The position numbers were made by a program, and so were the translations under genes. Shown here one piece after another: positions 11,508 through 24,902 of a stretch of 64,000 nucleotides of DNA. Source of the DNA: Phyllobates terribilis (Eukaryota); contig NW_027362762.1 in assembly GCF_046119375.1 (NCBI RefSeq), forward strand, positions 494,512,001 to 494,576,000. Direction: 5' to 3'. Position 1 is the first letter of the stretch. The number at the start of each line of letters is the position of its first letter. The notes under the pieces are model-generated. The model was not told where the DNA came from. It saw only the letters and a list, made by a program, of their open reading frames with translations, and ran no database searches.

Positions 11508-13018
11508 ACAGCAAGGTATTTCTAAAAATTAGTACAATACTGCTTTTGTGCAGTTAACCAATCACTCCTTCCCTAAATGAACCAAAATGTAAATTTAATA
11601 ACTTACTAAATATAGTTACCTTATCTGAAACAACATATGGTATTTGTGATACAGAAGTTAATGGCTAATGCCATAAAAGAGCTAAATACAGCCATGACCT
11701 TATTTTCACCTTCAGTAGTAGACACTCATTAGCTGCAGAACATCAGCTTGTTTGCTAAAGCTGTGCCGCTCAGTGCTTCTCTGTTTCAGGAAGTCTTCAA
11801 CCGCTGTTTGCTTATCTTCTGCTATCTGCTAAACGACCCGCATAGCAAAGCGCTCCATGCCCTTTAAAATTTAATGTTGAATTGCTGTTTAGTAATGTTA
11901 GTACTGAAATCACTAAACTCCATTGTGCTTCAATTATTCAGGATTATGTGCACAAAATATATTTTTTTATATTTTTATAGATATACATCATTGGAAATTC
12001 CCGGCGTACAAAGTCATATATTTAATCAGATGCTAGAGATAATATTGAGATTAAAAACAATCAAGTTGGGAGTAAAACCTATCAATTATTTATTTTCTGC
12101 TTAGAATGTCATCAAGGCACACCGGGATTTAGGAATTTAAAGTATTATGGAAGCAGATGAGGAAATAAAATAAATGGCAATAATAGCGATGATATTGATA
12201 ATAATAATTGCAGCTTCCTGCAACATATTGTTTGAGATATTTAAATGTATATAAAAAAAATAATCACTCTCATGACAATTCAGTTGAGGGAAAAATAATG
12301 GGTACAAAGAAAGGAATGATAAAATCTTTAATAAAATCATATTCTCATCAAAAGCACTGGAAGGTAATAAAAATGCCACATGCTCTAGTCCCAAAAGATA
12401 TAGTGTGAAGCTTAGAGTGGTTCACATTACCAGCAACCTTCGCACATTGTGGAAACCTGTTTTAGAAAATACAAATAATACTCAAATTGCTTTTGTAAAA
12501 CAATAATGGAAATTTAAAAATTTATATTTTTTACCGTGTTGACATATAAATTTTTGCAAAATCATGTTATTATTCGCAAAGTGAATATTTTGATAATTGT
12601 CTAATATCTTAATTTACCAAACCCTCAGTTTTTAGCATTTCTGATGTCATTTTTTAATATTTTCACACAGTGGCGTAACTAGAATATGATGGGCCTAGTG
12701 CAAAATTTTGACCTGGGGACCCCCTGCATGTTGGTTAGATGTATGGGCCCAGGTAGCGTTCTAAATTCTATATTCTTTAAAGACAGATTCATATGTTCAC
12801 CTTCCCATTATGTAGTAATGTCCCCCATTCTGTAACAATGTTTCCCATCCTGAGCCACTTCCAGGTATATTAGTTCCCCATCCTGGGCACCTTCCTGGTG
12901 TATATGTCCCCCTTCTTGATATATATGTCTGGCATACTGGTATATATGTCCTTTATCCTGGGCTTCTTTCTTGTACATATGTTTCCCATCCTGGTATATA
13001 TGTCCCCATCCTGGTATA

Positions 13019-14612
13019 CAGTAGGGCAAAAAAAGTATTTAGTCAGCCACCAATTGTGCAAGTTCTCCCAGTTAAAAAGACGAGAGAGGCCTGTAATTGA
13101 CATCATAGGTAGACCTCAACTATGGGAGACAAAATGAGAAAACAAATCCTGAAAATCACATTGTCTGATTGGGAAAGAATTTTTATTTCAAATTTTGGTG
13201 GAAAATAAGTATTAGGTCAATTACAAACAAGCAAGATTTCTGGCTCTCACAGACCTGGAACTTCTTCTTTAAGAGGCTCCTCTGTCCTCCACTCATTACC
13301 TGTAGTACTGGCACCTGTTTGAACTTGTTATTAATATAAAAGACACCTGTCTGCAACCTCAAACAGTCACACTCCAAACTCCACTATGATGAAGACCAAA
13401 GAGCTGTCGAAGGACACCAGAAACAAAATTGTAGCCCTGCACCAGGCTGGGAAGACTGAATCTGCAATAGGCAAGCAGCTTGGTGTAAATAAATCAACTG
13501 TGGGAGCAATAATTAGAAAATGGAAGACATACAAGACTACTGATAATTTCCCTCCATCTGGGGCTCCACACAAGATCTCACCCCGTGGGGTGAAAATGAT
13601 CTCCAGAACGGTGAGCAAAAATTCCAGAACCACCAGGGGGGTACCTAGTGAATGACCTACAAAGATCTGGGACCAACGTTACACAGGCTACCATCAGTAA
13701 CACAATATGCCGCCAGGAACTCAGATCTTGCAGTGCCAGACGTGTCCCCCTGCTTAAGCCATTACATGTCCAGGCCCATCTGAAGTTTGCTAGAATGCAT
13801 TTGTATGATCCAGAAGAGTATTGAGAGAGTGTTATATAGTCAGATGAAATCAAAGTAGAACTGTTTGGTAGAAACACAACTCATCGTGTTTGGACGAGAA
13901 AGAATGCTGAGTTGCATCCAAAGAACACCGTATCTACTATGAAGCATGGGGGTGGCAAAATCATGCTTTGGGGCCGTTTCTCTGCCAAGTGACCAGGACG
14001 ACTGATCCATGTACATGAAAGAATAAATGGGGCCATGTATCGTGAGATTTTGAGTGCAAACCTCCTTCCATCAGCAAGGGCATTGAAGATGAAACGTGGC
14101 TGGGTCTTTCAACATGACAATGATCCCAAGCACACCGCCAGGGCAATGAAGGAGTGGCTTTGTAAGAAGCATTTCAAGGTCCTGGCGTGGCTTAGCCAGT
14201 ATCCAGGTCTAAACCCCATAGAAAACCTTTGAAGGGAGTTGAAAGTCCGTGTTGCCCAGCAACAGCCCCAAAACATCACTGCTCTAGAGGAGATCTGCAT
14301 GGAGGAATGGGCCAACATACCAGCAACAGTGTGTGTTTAAGACTTACAGAAAACGTTTGACCTCTGTCATTGCCAACAAAGGATATATAACAAAGTACTG
14401 AGATGAACTTTTGTAATTGACAAAATACTTATTTTCCACCAAAGTTTGAAAAAAATATTCTTTCCAAATCAGACAATGTGATTTTCAGGATTTGTTTTCT
14501 CATTTTTTCTCTCATAGTTGAGGTCTACCTATGATGTCAATTACAGGCCTCACTTTTTAAGTGGGAGAACTTGCACAATTGGTGTCTGACTAAATACTTT
14601 TTTGCCCCACTG
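13019..14612 (+). mobile_element. Tc1 transposon, full length, degraded
   Basis: TIR CAGT(A/G)GGGCAAAAAAAGTATTTAGTCAG at both ends; TA TSDs. Confidence 0.95.
13386..14401 (+). pseudogene. Tc1 transposase, multiple stops/frameshifts
   Basis: [16 protein letters not shown]...SGAPHKI; [11 protein letters not shown]; LNPIENL*; C-terminus NKGYITKY*. Confidence 0.9.
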
Positions 14613-14674
14613 TATATATATGTCCGCTATTCTGCTATGTATGTCCCTCATCCTGGGCCCCTTTCTGGTATATA

Positions 14675-16247
14675 CACTGCTCAAAAAAATAAAGGGAACA
14701 TTGAAATAACACATCCTAGATCTGAATGAATGAAATATTCTCATTGAATACTTTGTTTTGTACAAAGCTGAATGTGCTGACAACAAAATCACACAAAAAT
14801 CATCAATGGAAATCAAATTTATTAACCAATGGAGGCCTGGATTTGGAGTCACCCCCAAAATTAAAGCGGAAAAACACACTACAGGCTGATCCAACTTTGA
14901 TGTAATGTCCTTAAAACAAGTCAAAATGAGGCTCAGTATTGTGTGTGGCCTCCACGTGCTTGTATGACCTCCCTACATCGCCTGGGCATGCTCCTGATGA
15001 GGTTGCGGATGGTCTCCTGTGGGATCTCCTACCAGACCTGGATTAAAGCATCCGCCAACTCCTGGACAGTCTGTGGTGTAATGTGACATTTGTGGATGGA
15101 GCGAGACATGATGTCCCAGATGTGCTCAATTTGATTCAGGTCTGGGGAACGGGCGGGCCAGTCTATAGCTTCAATGCCTTCATCTTGCAGGAACTGCTGA
15201 CACACTCCAGCCACATGAGGTCTGGCATTTTCCTGCATTAGGAGGAACTCAGGGCCAACAGCACCAGCATATGGTCTCACAAGGGGTCTGAGGATCTCAT
15301 CTCAGTACCTAATGGCAGTCAGGCTACCTCTGGCGATCACATGGAGGGCTGTGCGGCCCTACAAAGAAATGCCACCCCACACAATTACTCACCATTACTG
15401 ACCCACTGCCAAACTGGTCATGCTGAAGGATGCTGCAGGCAGCAGATCGCTCTCCACGGCGTCTCCAGACTCTGTCACATGTGCTCAGTGTGAACCTGCT
15501 TTCATCTGTGAAGAGCACAGGGTGCCAGTGGCGACTTTGCCAATCCTGGTGTTTTGTGGCAAATGCCAAGCGTCCTGCACGGTGCTGGGCTGTGAGCAAA
15601 ACTCCCATCTGTGGACGTCGGACCCTCATACCACCCTCATGCAGTTGGTTTCTAACCATTTGTGCAGACACATGCACATTTGTGGCCTGCTGGAAGTCAT
15701 TTTGCAGGGCTCTGGCAGTGCTCCTCCTGTTCCTCCTTGCACAAAGGTGGAGGTAATGGTCCTGCTGCTGGGTTGTTGCCCTCCTATGGCCCCCTCCATG
15801 TCTCCTGGTATCTGCTCCATGCTCTGGACACTGTGCTGACAGACACAGCTACTTATCTTGCCACAGCTCGCAGTGATGTGCCATCCTGGATGAACTGCGC
15901 TACCTGAGCAATTTCGGTGGGTTGTACTGTAGACACCGCCTCATGCTACTGTACCACTAGGGGTGAGAGCAATGGCAAAATGAAAAAGTGACCAAAAACA
16001 ACAGCCAAAAAGGATGAGAACAGAGAAATGGTCTTTTGTCACCACCTGCAGAACCACTCTTTTATAGGGGGTATCTTGCTAATTGCCTATCATTTCTACC
16101 AGTTGTCTATTCCATTTGCACAACAGCAGGAGAAACTGATTCACAATCAGTGTTGCTTCATAACTGGATAGGTAGATTTCACAACAGTGTTATTGATTTG
16201 GGGTTACATTGTGTTGTTTAAGTGTTCCTTTTATTTTTTGAGCAGTG
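14675..16247 (-). mobile_element. Tc1 transposon, full length, degraded (CACTGCTCAAAAAAATAAAGGGAACA TIR family)
   Basis: TIRs at both ends with TA TSDs. Minus-strand fragments [18 protein letters not shown] and WPARSPDLNQIEHIW are broken by frameshifts. Confidence 0.95.
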
Positions 16248-16949
16248 TATGTTCCCTGTTCTGCATAAATAAAACATTCTCTTTACCTTTCTCAGCTCCC
16301 TCGTGCGCTGGCATCCTCTTCATCGTCCTCTTCCGAGCCTGTGCAAGAGGTGGGCCCGCCGCCCCAGTGCCTCCTTCAACTGGATGTGCATCCGAGGACA
16401 CATTCACCGGAAGTGCATTGCACCCTCAGGCTCCCTGCACTGCAATACATGCTGCCAGCTAATCAGATGCCAGCAACTGATGTTGGCATGCCTGCTATGG
16501 TGATGCATGACGTCACTGCAATGAGTCACCATTGCCCTTCACACCAAAGTCAGATGCCAGCCTCTGATTGGCTGGAGGCGTGTATTGCAGCACTGGGAGC
16601 TAGAGGGTCCCTGCAGTTCACTACACTACAGTTGAATGTGTGTCCTCAGACACACATCTAGCTGAGGCACTCACTGGGGTCGGCGCTATTCCTGCATGAG
16701 CCCAGTAGTCGCGGTGGCACACTCTGCGACCGTGATCATTACATCCCTATTTTCACTGTCTCCTAGTAGATAAAAATCCCTACAGGTCATGACACGCTCT
16801 ATGTCTTTTTTAAATAAAAAAAATTGTAATCAATAGAATGAATAACATTTATTTGCTGAAACCACAATAACTCTCTAATTTGAAAAGTCTGAATATTGCT
16901 GCAGCTAAGTTATCAACAAAGTGAAATGAGTTTGAACAACATCTGCAGA

Positions 16950-18435
16950 TGATGGACTTATATCAGAAGTGTAGATGGCAAAAATGAAACCACACATTGC
17001 TTACTCCTATGGCTAAGAAGGCCATTACCAACTAAAATTGTAGAATTTAGAAATAAATAGAATACATAAATCTAAGGTGTCAGCTCCAGCATGTAAAAAC
17101 TGAAAGTATCTGAGTAAAATCTTTAAAAAAGTAATCAAATCAGATGAAGTAATAAATGGATGGCAGGTAGCCAAGAAAAGCAAGACAAATTCCAACAAAT
17201 TCTTTAAATATGTGGATACAAAAAACAAAGGTCCTTTAAATAATCTTAAAGGGGAGTTGGTCACTGAGGATCAAGAGAAGACAGAATTATTAAATGGTTA
17301 CCTCAGTTCTGTATACACCAAAGAAGAATGACTTGCTGATGTAGTTGATCCCTGGTCTCTTAATATGGCATCTAATATGATCAGTTGGATAAATGTAGAT
17401 ACGGCCCAAGTGGAGCTAAATAAGATCAATGTGATCAAAGCTCTGAGCCCAGATGGGCTGCATGCAAGAGTCCTTAGGGAACTCAGCTCAGGTAATACTG
17501 GGTCCATACTCATAATTTTTAGAAACTCTATAGTGACTGGTACTATGTTTATCGACTCGGATCTTTCCCAAGTAATTATAGACCAGTAAGCTTAACATTC
17601 ATTGTGGGAAAAATGTTTGAGGGACTTGTAAGTAAATATATATAGGAGTTTGTGGTAGAAAATAAAATAAGTGATAGCCAGCACAGTTTTACTAAGGACA
17701 GCAGTTGTCACACTAATCTGAGACATTTTTATGAAGAGGTGAGTAGAAACTGGGACAGATTGGTAGCTGTGGGTATAGTGTTTTTAGACTTTGCAAGGGC
17801 ATTTAACACTGTCCCACACAGACACCTGATGGGTAAATTAAGGTGTATAGGTTTAGAAAATAAGGTTTGTTGTCTGATAGAAAGCTGGCACACAAACCGC
17901 ACCCAGAGAATTCTTGTGAATGACTACTCTATTCTGAATGGTCTCCGGTTGTTACTAGTGCACCCCAATGTTCAGTGCTGGGTCCGCTATTATTCAACTT
18001 AATATTTATATAGAACATGACATTAATATATTTGATTCTTCTTTTGTAGATGACTTAAAGCTATATAGTATAGTGCATTGTATGGAAGTTCATAAGTTAC
18101 AGGCTGACATGGATATACTAAGTGTTTGGGCCTTCAATTGGCAAATGAGGTTTAATGTGAAGAAATGTAAAGTTCTGCATTTGCACACTAATAACTTGTG
18201 GTCATCATATATTTTAGTAAAACTAAGACAGAAACTTGAAGAAAAAGAACTTGGTTTACTAATAGATCAAACACTACATAGCAGCATGCAATGTCAATCT
18301 GCAGTTTATTAGTTCAGCAATATGTTGTCATGTATTAGAAGAGGCATGGACTCATTGAAAAGGGACGTAATAATACCACTTTACAAAGCATTATTGTGAC
18401 CTTATCTGGAATACACTGTCCAGATCTAGACTGCT
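16950..18435 (+). mobile_element. CR1 LINE ORF2 (reverse transcriptase) fragment, degraded
   Basis: SQHSFTKDSSCHTNL...VFLDFARAFNTVPH...; FVDDLKL; WQMRFNVKKCKVLH; PLYKAL. Left boundary approximate; the right end is cut by LTR-like DNA. Confidence 0.9.
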
Positions 18436-18439
18436 GAGC

Positions 18440-19760
18440 CCTGCATTGGTATAATAGTACTGAACAAGACTTCAAAGCATCCCCAGCTTTACTCAGCTTG
18501 CTCACTAGCCGCTGATCAGGCACTCACGAGTCACTACATCCTTTCACTGCTCCAAGAAGAAACAGCCATAGATGTAAAGAGGCGGGGGGGCAACATTTTT
18601 CAAACCTGTGGACTTTGGCACCTAAGAGGCAACTGTGAAGAAACGGCACCAGGGGGGCCCCGCAGATTCCCGCTGTTGCTGCTTCTTGCAGTGGATCCAC
18701 ACCCCACCAGCCGCCTGACGTCACACTACACCAGACGGAGCATGTGATACGGATCTACCCTTTGCACCAACATGACGTTCCGCACCCCCCTCAAGGACTT
18801 GTAAGGTCAGAATGGTACAGTTCTACACAGTCACCTCCTGTCCACACAGGTACAGAGAGGCACCAGGGAGTGATAAAAGGTGGTCCATTCAGTCACTGAC
18901 GTGGCCCCACACTCACCCACACCCCTGACAGGCTGAGAGGCTATTTTACTACTCCAGTGAAGCAGAGCTTTGTCAGCGTGGTAGAGCTGCCACCAGTCTC
19001 TATTTGATGAAGCAGGATTATATCGGGCTAAAAACCAGCCCGGTAGCAGGTTCGCTGGACCAAGCAACAGATGTAAGGTTTGGGGGTCAAGATAAAAGAA
19101 CAGCCCAAGATTAAATTATATATTTAATAGCCATAAGGGTTCACTAAACAATCTACTATATAAATAAGTTTTACATATGCAGTGGTCAGAGTTACAAATA
19201 CAAAAGCATGGTACAACGAGCATGAGCAGATCTTAAAGTCAGGTACCAGTTTAGATGGAAAGCCTGGCTCGGGTGATGGGTGGCCACATGGGAGAGGTTG
19301 TGGGCCCACATTTGGTTGGTGGACTTCTTCCACATGTCTTGATGGCACGAGCTCCCCCAGGAAAAGACAGGTGAGAGGAGATCTGCAGGAGTTTTTAAAC
19401 TCTCTGGGTTACTCCCAGGGCTGCACCTAACTCTCCACCCCCTGGTCTAAGCTTGTTACCATCTCCCAAAACAAAAATGGGCTATAATTCCTTACTGGGT
19501 GCCCCTAGGGAGCCGGTTCAGGAGTCATTGGATCCAGATAGCCCCTGCTACGCATGGAGACCAAACCCACTGGTCCTAGGAGTTTGTAATAGGTTGAGGC
19601 GGGTATCTCCTCATCCTTACATGCTAGATTGGGCTGAGATGCAGTCTGGCATTCGCTATCTCCCCCTGAGCTAGAAAATCCATTTTGTGCAGAGCTGGGA
19701 CATATAGTTCTTCCACAACTTGGTATTGAAACATAGTATGGGGGGGGGATTTCTCACCCC
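18440..19760. mobile_element. Cluster of LTR-like (Gypsy-type) fragments
   Basis: Abrupt GC-richer block interrupting the CR1, with several TG.../...CA termini (GACGTCACA ~18725, TGTGATACG 18744, TGTAAGGTTTGGG 19072). No TSD resolved. Confidence 0.35.
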
Positions 19761-20649
19761 CCTTTGTTTGCTGCAAAAGTATTCAAAGGGGTCTGATTAC
19801 GTCATGCATGGAGATCTCCCTAAGACTGGCCAAACAGGTCACAGTGATTGACACGGGTGATCTTGCATTTTCTTCACAGCAACTATCATTGTGCCCCCAC
19901 CCACAATACAGCACTGATTAGTAGCCACAAAAGAAGTCACTTCTTGCATGCTGTAATATTTCACACCCTAATATTGTTTTCTCTATTTCAATCTATTTAG
20001 GTTTGACCTGGACTGGCAGAAAATTAAATACAATAATGAAAAGCATGGCTCAAATAATTATTGGCTTATTTTTCACGGATACAAAATTTCAGCACTGAGA
20101 AACACATATGCAGACAATCAAGAAACAAAAAACATTGTATGTCATATGCTGGTCATACATAGCTGACCTTTCATACCATATGGACGATTTCCAATTTCCT
20201 ATATGTCTTCTTTAATCAAATCAAGGATTATATCTTGGTATCAGGCAGATGAAAAACATCCGCCTGGGAAAATGTTAGACAATCTTACTCCTTTCTTTCA
20301 TGCTGAAAACAGATCCTTCTTTTGATCAAAACAGATAAGTTGAAGAGGTGTCTTAGATAACCATTGGCTAAATGTTTGGCTCAGAGTTATCTCTTTGTAC
20401 TATCAAGTAAATATGCTTAAAAACTTCCAGCCAATAAAGTTTATCTATTTCCCTGGTGGTTTAAGGGAAGGAGGGGGTTAATGTCATTATGTGTGGTAGT
20501 CTATGGCAGTAAATGTGTTAATGTCAACATCTCTGCTGATCTAGGAGTGTCCAAAAGGTCATTATCGGAATATTTAGCAGTCTAGGGCATTGAATCAACT
20601 AGTCTCATAATATCTGGCATTTTAGGACAATATCCATAGGGGTCTTGAG

Positions 20650-20929
20650 TAGTGATGAGCGAGTGTGTACTGTTAACCGAGTATTTACAGCTGCTCGGTG
20701 TTATGTTTGTATCACTCCCGTGTGCATGATTTGCGACTGCTTGACAGCTTTAATACATGTGAGGATTGTCTATTTCTTACACATTCCTCACATGTATTAA
20801 AGCTGTCAAACAGTCGCAAATCATGCACACGGGAGTGATTCAAACATAACACCGAGCAGCTGTAAATACTCGGTGCTCGCCCGAGCATACTCGGCGAAAG
20901 GGTTAACAGTACATACTCGCTCATCACTA
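20650..20929. mobile_element. Palindromic hAT MITE (uninterrupted relative of element B)
   Basis: TIR TAGTGATGAGCGAGT / ACTCGCTCATCACTA; perfect TSD GTCTTGAG at 20642-20649 and 20930-20937. Nearly the whole element is an inverted repeat, with a ~30-bp deletion in the left arm. Confidence 0.9.
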
Positions 20930-21232
20930 GTCTTGAGCTATGAATTGGATAATTTTACTATTCTTGGTGGTCTAGTGCAGTAAGAGGGTTAATGTAATGA
21001 TCCTTAGTAGTCAACGGCCTTTGCTAGAGATAGTGGAAGTACTATTGCTGCATAATTGGAGTATAGTATGTTACCCTTCCGGATCCCAGCATTGTTTATG
21101 TTGTAACATAAGGCTGAACACAGACCATTCAGCTTCTTGTTAATGCCCTACACTGATCATAAAGATGACTGCAGGTTGGGGATAAAGAGTACACTACAGA
21201 TATAAATGAATGGCACTCTACCTTATCATTAA

Positions 21233-22410
21233 CCTCTTCCCCCACAAAGGGTGTTGTAATTACGTCCTGGGAAGGGGTCCTCAGGTGTAGAGGTGATTAA
21301 GGAGCTGAGTTCCATCCACATACGGCAGATAACAGATATATTATATAGCTGGCATATGTCTCTAATAGCCTCAGCTTGTGCTGAGGCCAGGCCACGGCTG
21401 TTAACCATTTAAATGCTGCTGTCAATCTCTGACAGCGGCATTTAAATCAAACAAATACAGAGGTCCATGAGCACAAGCTCCCATTGGCCCCCTGCAATGT
21501 GATTGCGAGGAACAGATGGGTTACAATGACAACTGGGGATCTGATGAAGACTCATGTTGCTGTCATCTCAGTCCTCCTGTGAAGTTTAGTCATATGCTGA
21601 GCTCTATAGCAGCCTGAGATTTTCACTATATACTGCAATACCACGGTATTGTAATATATACTATAAAAATCAAACCATTAATGTAAAAAATAAAGTTCTA
21701 ATAAATATAAAAAAATTCAAACAAAATATAAAAGTTCAAATCACCCCCTCTTTTCCCCTGTTAAAATATAGAGTTGAAAAATATAAATAAAAAAAATATA
21801 TATATATATGTTTATATATATCTGGCATCGCCGTATTTGCAAGTCTAGTCTATTAAAATATGGAATTAATTACCCCTATCGGTAAATGGCGTGAAAAGAA
21901 AAAAAATAACAATGCCAGAATGAGTTTTTTTTTGGTCATAACGCCTTCCTAAAAATATGTAATAATAAGCATTGTCTGTACACAAATCAAGTGTAAGTAA
22001 AAACATCAGATCACTGTGCAAAAAATAAAGCTCTCACTCACCTCCATCAACAGAAAAATAAAAATGTTACAGGTCTCAGAAAATGGGGACACAAAGCAAA
22101 AAACATTTTTACAATTTTAAGAATTATTTTTCCTCACAGATGCTCGTTTAATATTGCTGTAATCGGAATGATGTAGACAATCATGTATTTTTGCTACACA
22201 ATGAATGGCAGAAAAACAAAAAAAAACAATTTTTTTTTCCAGGTTTCATTAATTCATATAGTAAAATGAAAGGGGCACATTTAAAACTACATTTTTTCAA
22301 AAAGCAAGCCCTTACATGTTTATGTCAATAGAAAACTAAAAAAAAAGTAATTGCCTTTGAAAGAAGGCGAGGAAAAATTGAAAGCTCAAAAATGAAAATT
22401 TTTTCAAGGA
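21233..22410. mobile_element. TTAA-flanked non-autonomous DNA transposon (piggyBac-like CCCTT terminus)
   Basis: TTAA|CCTCTTCC left end and CAAGGA|TTAA right end; A-rich internal blocks typical of this frog MITE class. Confidence 0.55.
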
Positions 22411-24902
22411 TTAAGGGGAGAGCTCAGAGAGTTTGTGCAGGAGTGGACTATTTCTGGGCAGGTACACCTGCTCCTGCAAATCGAAGAGAGAACAGTGCAT
22501 TTGACCAGTCATAAAAGAGCAGATTTCTTTCATATCTACTGTATGTGATCAGTTCATAAAATCCATAACCAACTGTATCAGAATAAAAACAAGCAGCTAA
22601 ACATCATAGAAAACAACCAAACTCTGATATAGTGCTTGCCATTGACTACTATATCCCGTTTTCACTAAGATCTCAAAAATCTATTTCTATATTCACCATT
22701 TCATGCTCAGTGTTCCTTTAATTAAGTTTAAGAACATAGGTGGAAAAATATGAAACTATTTAACTTTCTACCCAACTGACTATGGAAAACAAATAGGCTT
22801 GTTTTAGGTGCACAGTAGTTTGAAAAACTATTGTAGACATTTCACTTATGACCTTTATTTCTCAACCCATAATATCTCTTCACTTGATAAACCCTGAAGC
22901 ATTGTGATGACCCAGATGTGTGCTACACTGTATGAGGGGTTTGCTATAGAAAAGATATAATTCTTTCGTAGCAAGAGATTCCACAAAGGCATTGTTCTAT
23001 ATTCAGATATAGATCTATGTCTCCACAATGCATTACTGACTCCCCCGACAATTAGAATTTAATAGAGAATTCAGACAGCTATACACATTTCATACCTCTT
23101 TCAAATTAGATTTGACACGTGATTCAGTAGGGATGGTATTAGTAAGATATCTGCACAGTCCAGCACCAAGGTGGTCGTCCTGTAACTTTGAGAGCAGAGT
23201 TGATTCTTAAGACTAAGAGCAGAATTAGCTATCTTTAATGGTACATGTTCTGTATTTGCACAGCTTCTGATACATTACTATTAGCAGCCAGCGAGCATAG
23301 ATTTATTTCCTTGCCTGTAATGTAGCAATAAATCAATGCATCTAAGTTTAGTTCTATCAAACCTTCAAGGACCAAGACAATAAGTATAGCATGATATAAG
23401 CCTAAAAAGGTGATTTATTTTCATGATGCTATGACCTAAAGGTAAAGGTGAAAATATGACCAAATATGGGGTTTAAAACTAGTGTGAATTATACAACATC
23501 CACTGAACACAAACAGACTTTCGACTAAAGGTTGATGCATGAATGTTTCATCAATAATCTTTAACCAGTTCATGACCGGGCTATTTACTCCACTTCCTGA
23601 CCAGGAACATTTTTTGTTTTTGTTTGTACATGCGATTTAAAGAGCTGAACATTTTTATTTTCAAGTAATTTTTTTTTTCGTGATGCATGGGGCTTCATTT
23701 TTATGTCACTGTCATATTCTTTTTTTTTACTTATATTGGGCAAAATCAGTGGAAACATAATGAAAATGTGTCTGTTTTTCTTTCTATATTTTTATGACCA
23801 CAAGAAATTACTATAATACATTTAAAAGTTATTTATGGAGGAAGAAGCGCTGTCAGTGCTTCTTTTTTCTACATACACAGTGCATCTTTAACACTTTATA
23901 TACAGAGACGTAGAAGGCAGAGATGGTAATAAACCGTCTCTGCCTTCTCTCTGGGGACTCCAGCTGTCTGTGACAGTCAGATCCCTGCTCCTGCAGCTGC
24001 ATGAACCCGAATTTCACTGCAAAGTAGGGAATAGAAGGATTTAAAGTCAATAAGCGCTCTTGAAGCAGTTAGACTGATATTATTAATATTATTATTTTTA
24101 GATGACTTGGTTTGTTTACCTTTGGTGTCATACAAGACTTACATTGCAATGTTCTTGGAAAAGAAAACTATGTATTATCAAATTCTTTACTTATGATTAT
24201 ACAAAACCTTGCATTCTAAAAACTATCTTCCTGCCTCATGATACTATAACCGGTATATTACTTTTACATGCAACACATGATGTTAATTAGGTATCTAACC
24301 TCTGCCCCCCTTCCCTGAATCCTGAAAATGAAAGGGACACACACAGTGCTGGTGTAGCATTGCTTCCCCTTCTATTTATTCCTTGCACAACCAAGTGGCC
24401 AGAACAGGAGATGATGAAGCAAGGAATGAAGGAAGAAAGGAATGACATTGAAGCTGTTGACTTTGACAATAAATAGTTATGTTCTCAGAATAACCTGCAA
24501 CCATAAAGCTTATCTCTCTTGTTACATTTCTTATTTATTGATTTAGAAATGTCCTCTCCTTATCAGAAAATATAAGAGTTTTGTTCTTGTTGCAGCTTGT
24601 AATGCTGACCATGCACAATGATATTGTAATTGATACAAGTCAGACAATCTCAAGACATCCTATGAAAATGCTTATGCAATGACGAAATAATAAATACTGC
24701 AACATTTCTGCAAACAAATGACCCGAAATACAGACTTGGATATCCTTGGGTTCTAAGGAAAAGAAGCAAAATGGAAAAACAACCTGTTAGGTGTTGATCA
24801 AATCAGGTCTGATGTAGTATTGGAAAGCCTGTCTCCCACCACCAAAATCTCTGTCAGACCAGCTCAGAGAATTTTCTGTATGCTGAATTTTGCACTATTT
24901 AA

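Larger units (their letters stand above)
12668..16749. mobile_element. hAT-type non-autonomous element with internal minisatellite, host of two Tc1 insertions
   Basis: Left end CAGTGGCGTAACTAG, degenerate right end ATTACATCCCTA. Flanks TTTTCACA / TTTTCACT (7/8 TSD match). ~19-20-bp ATATATGTCCCCATCCTGG repeats at 12840-13018 and 14613-14674. Confidence 0.6.
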
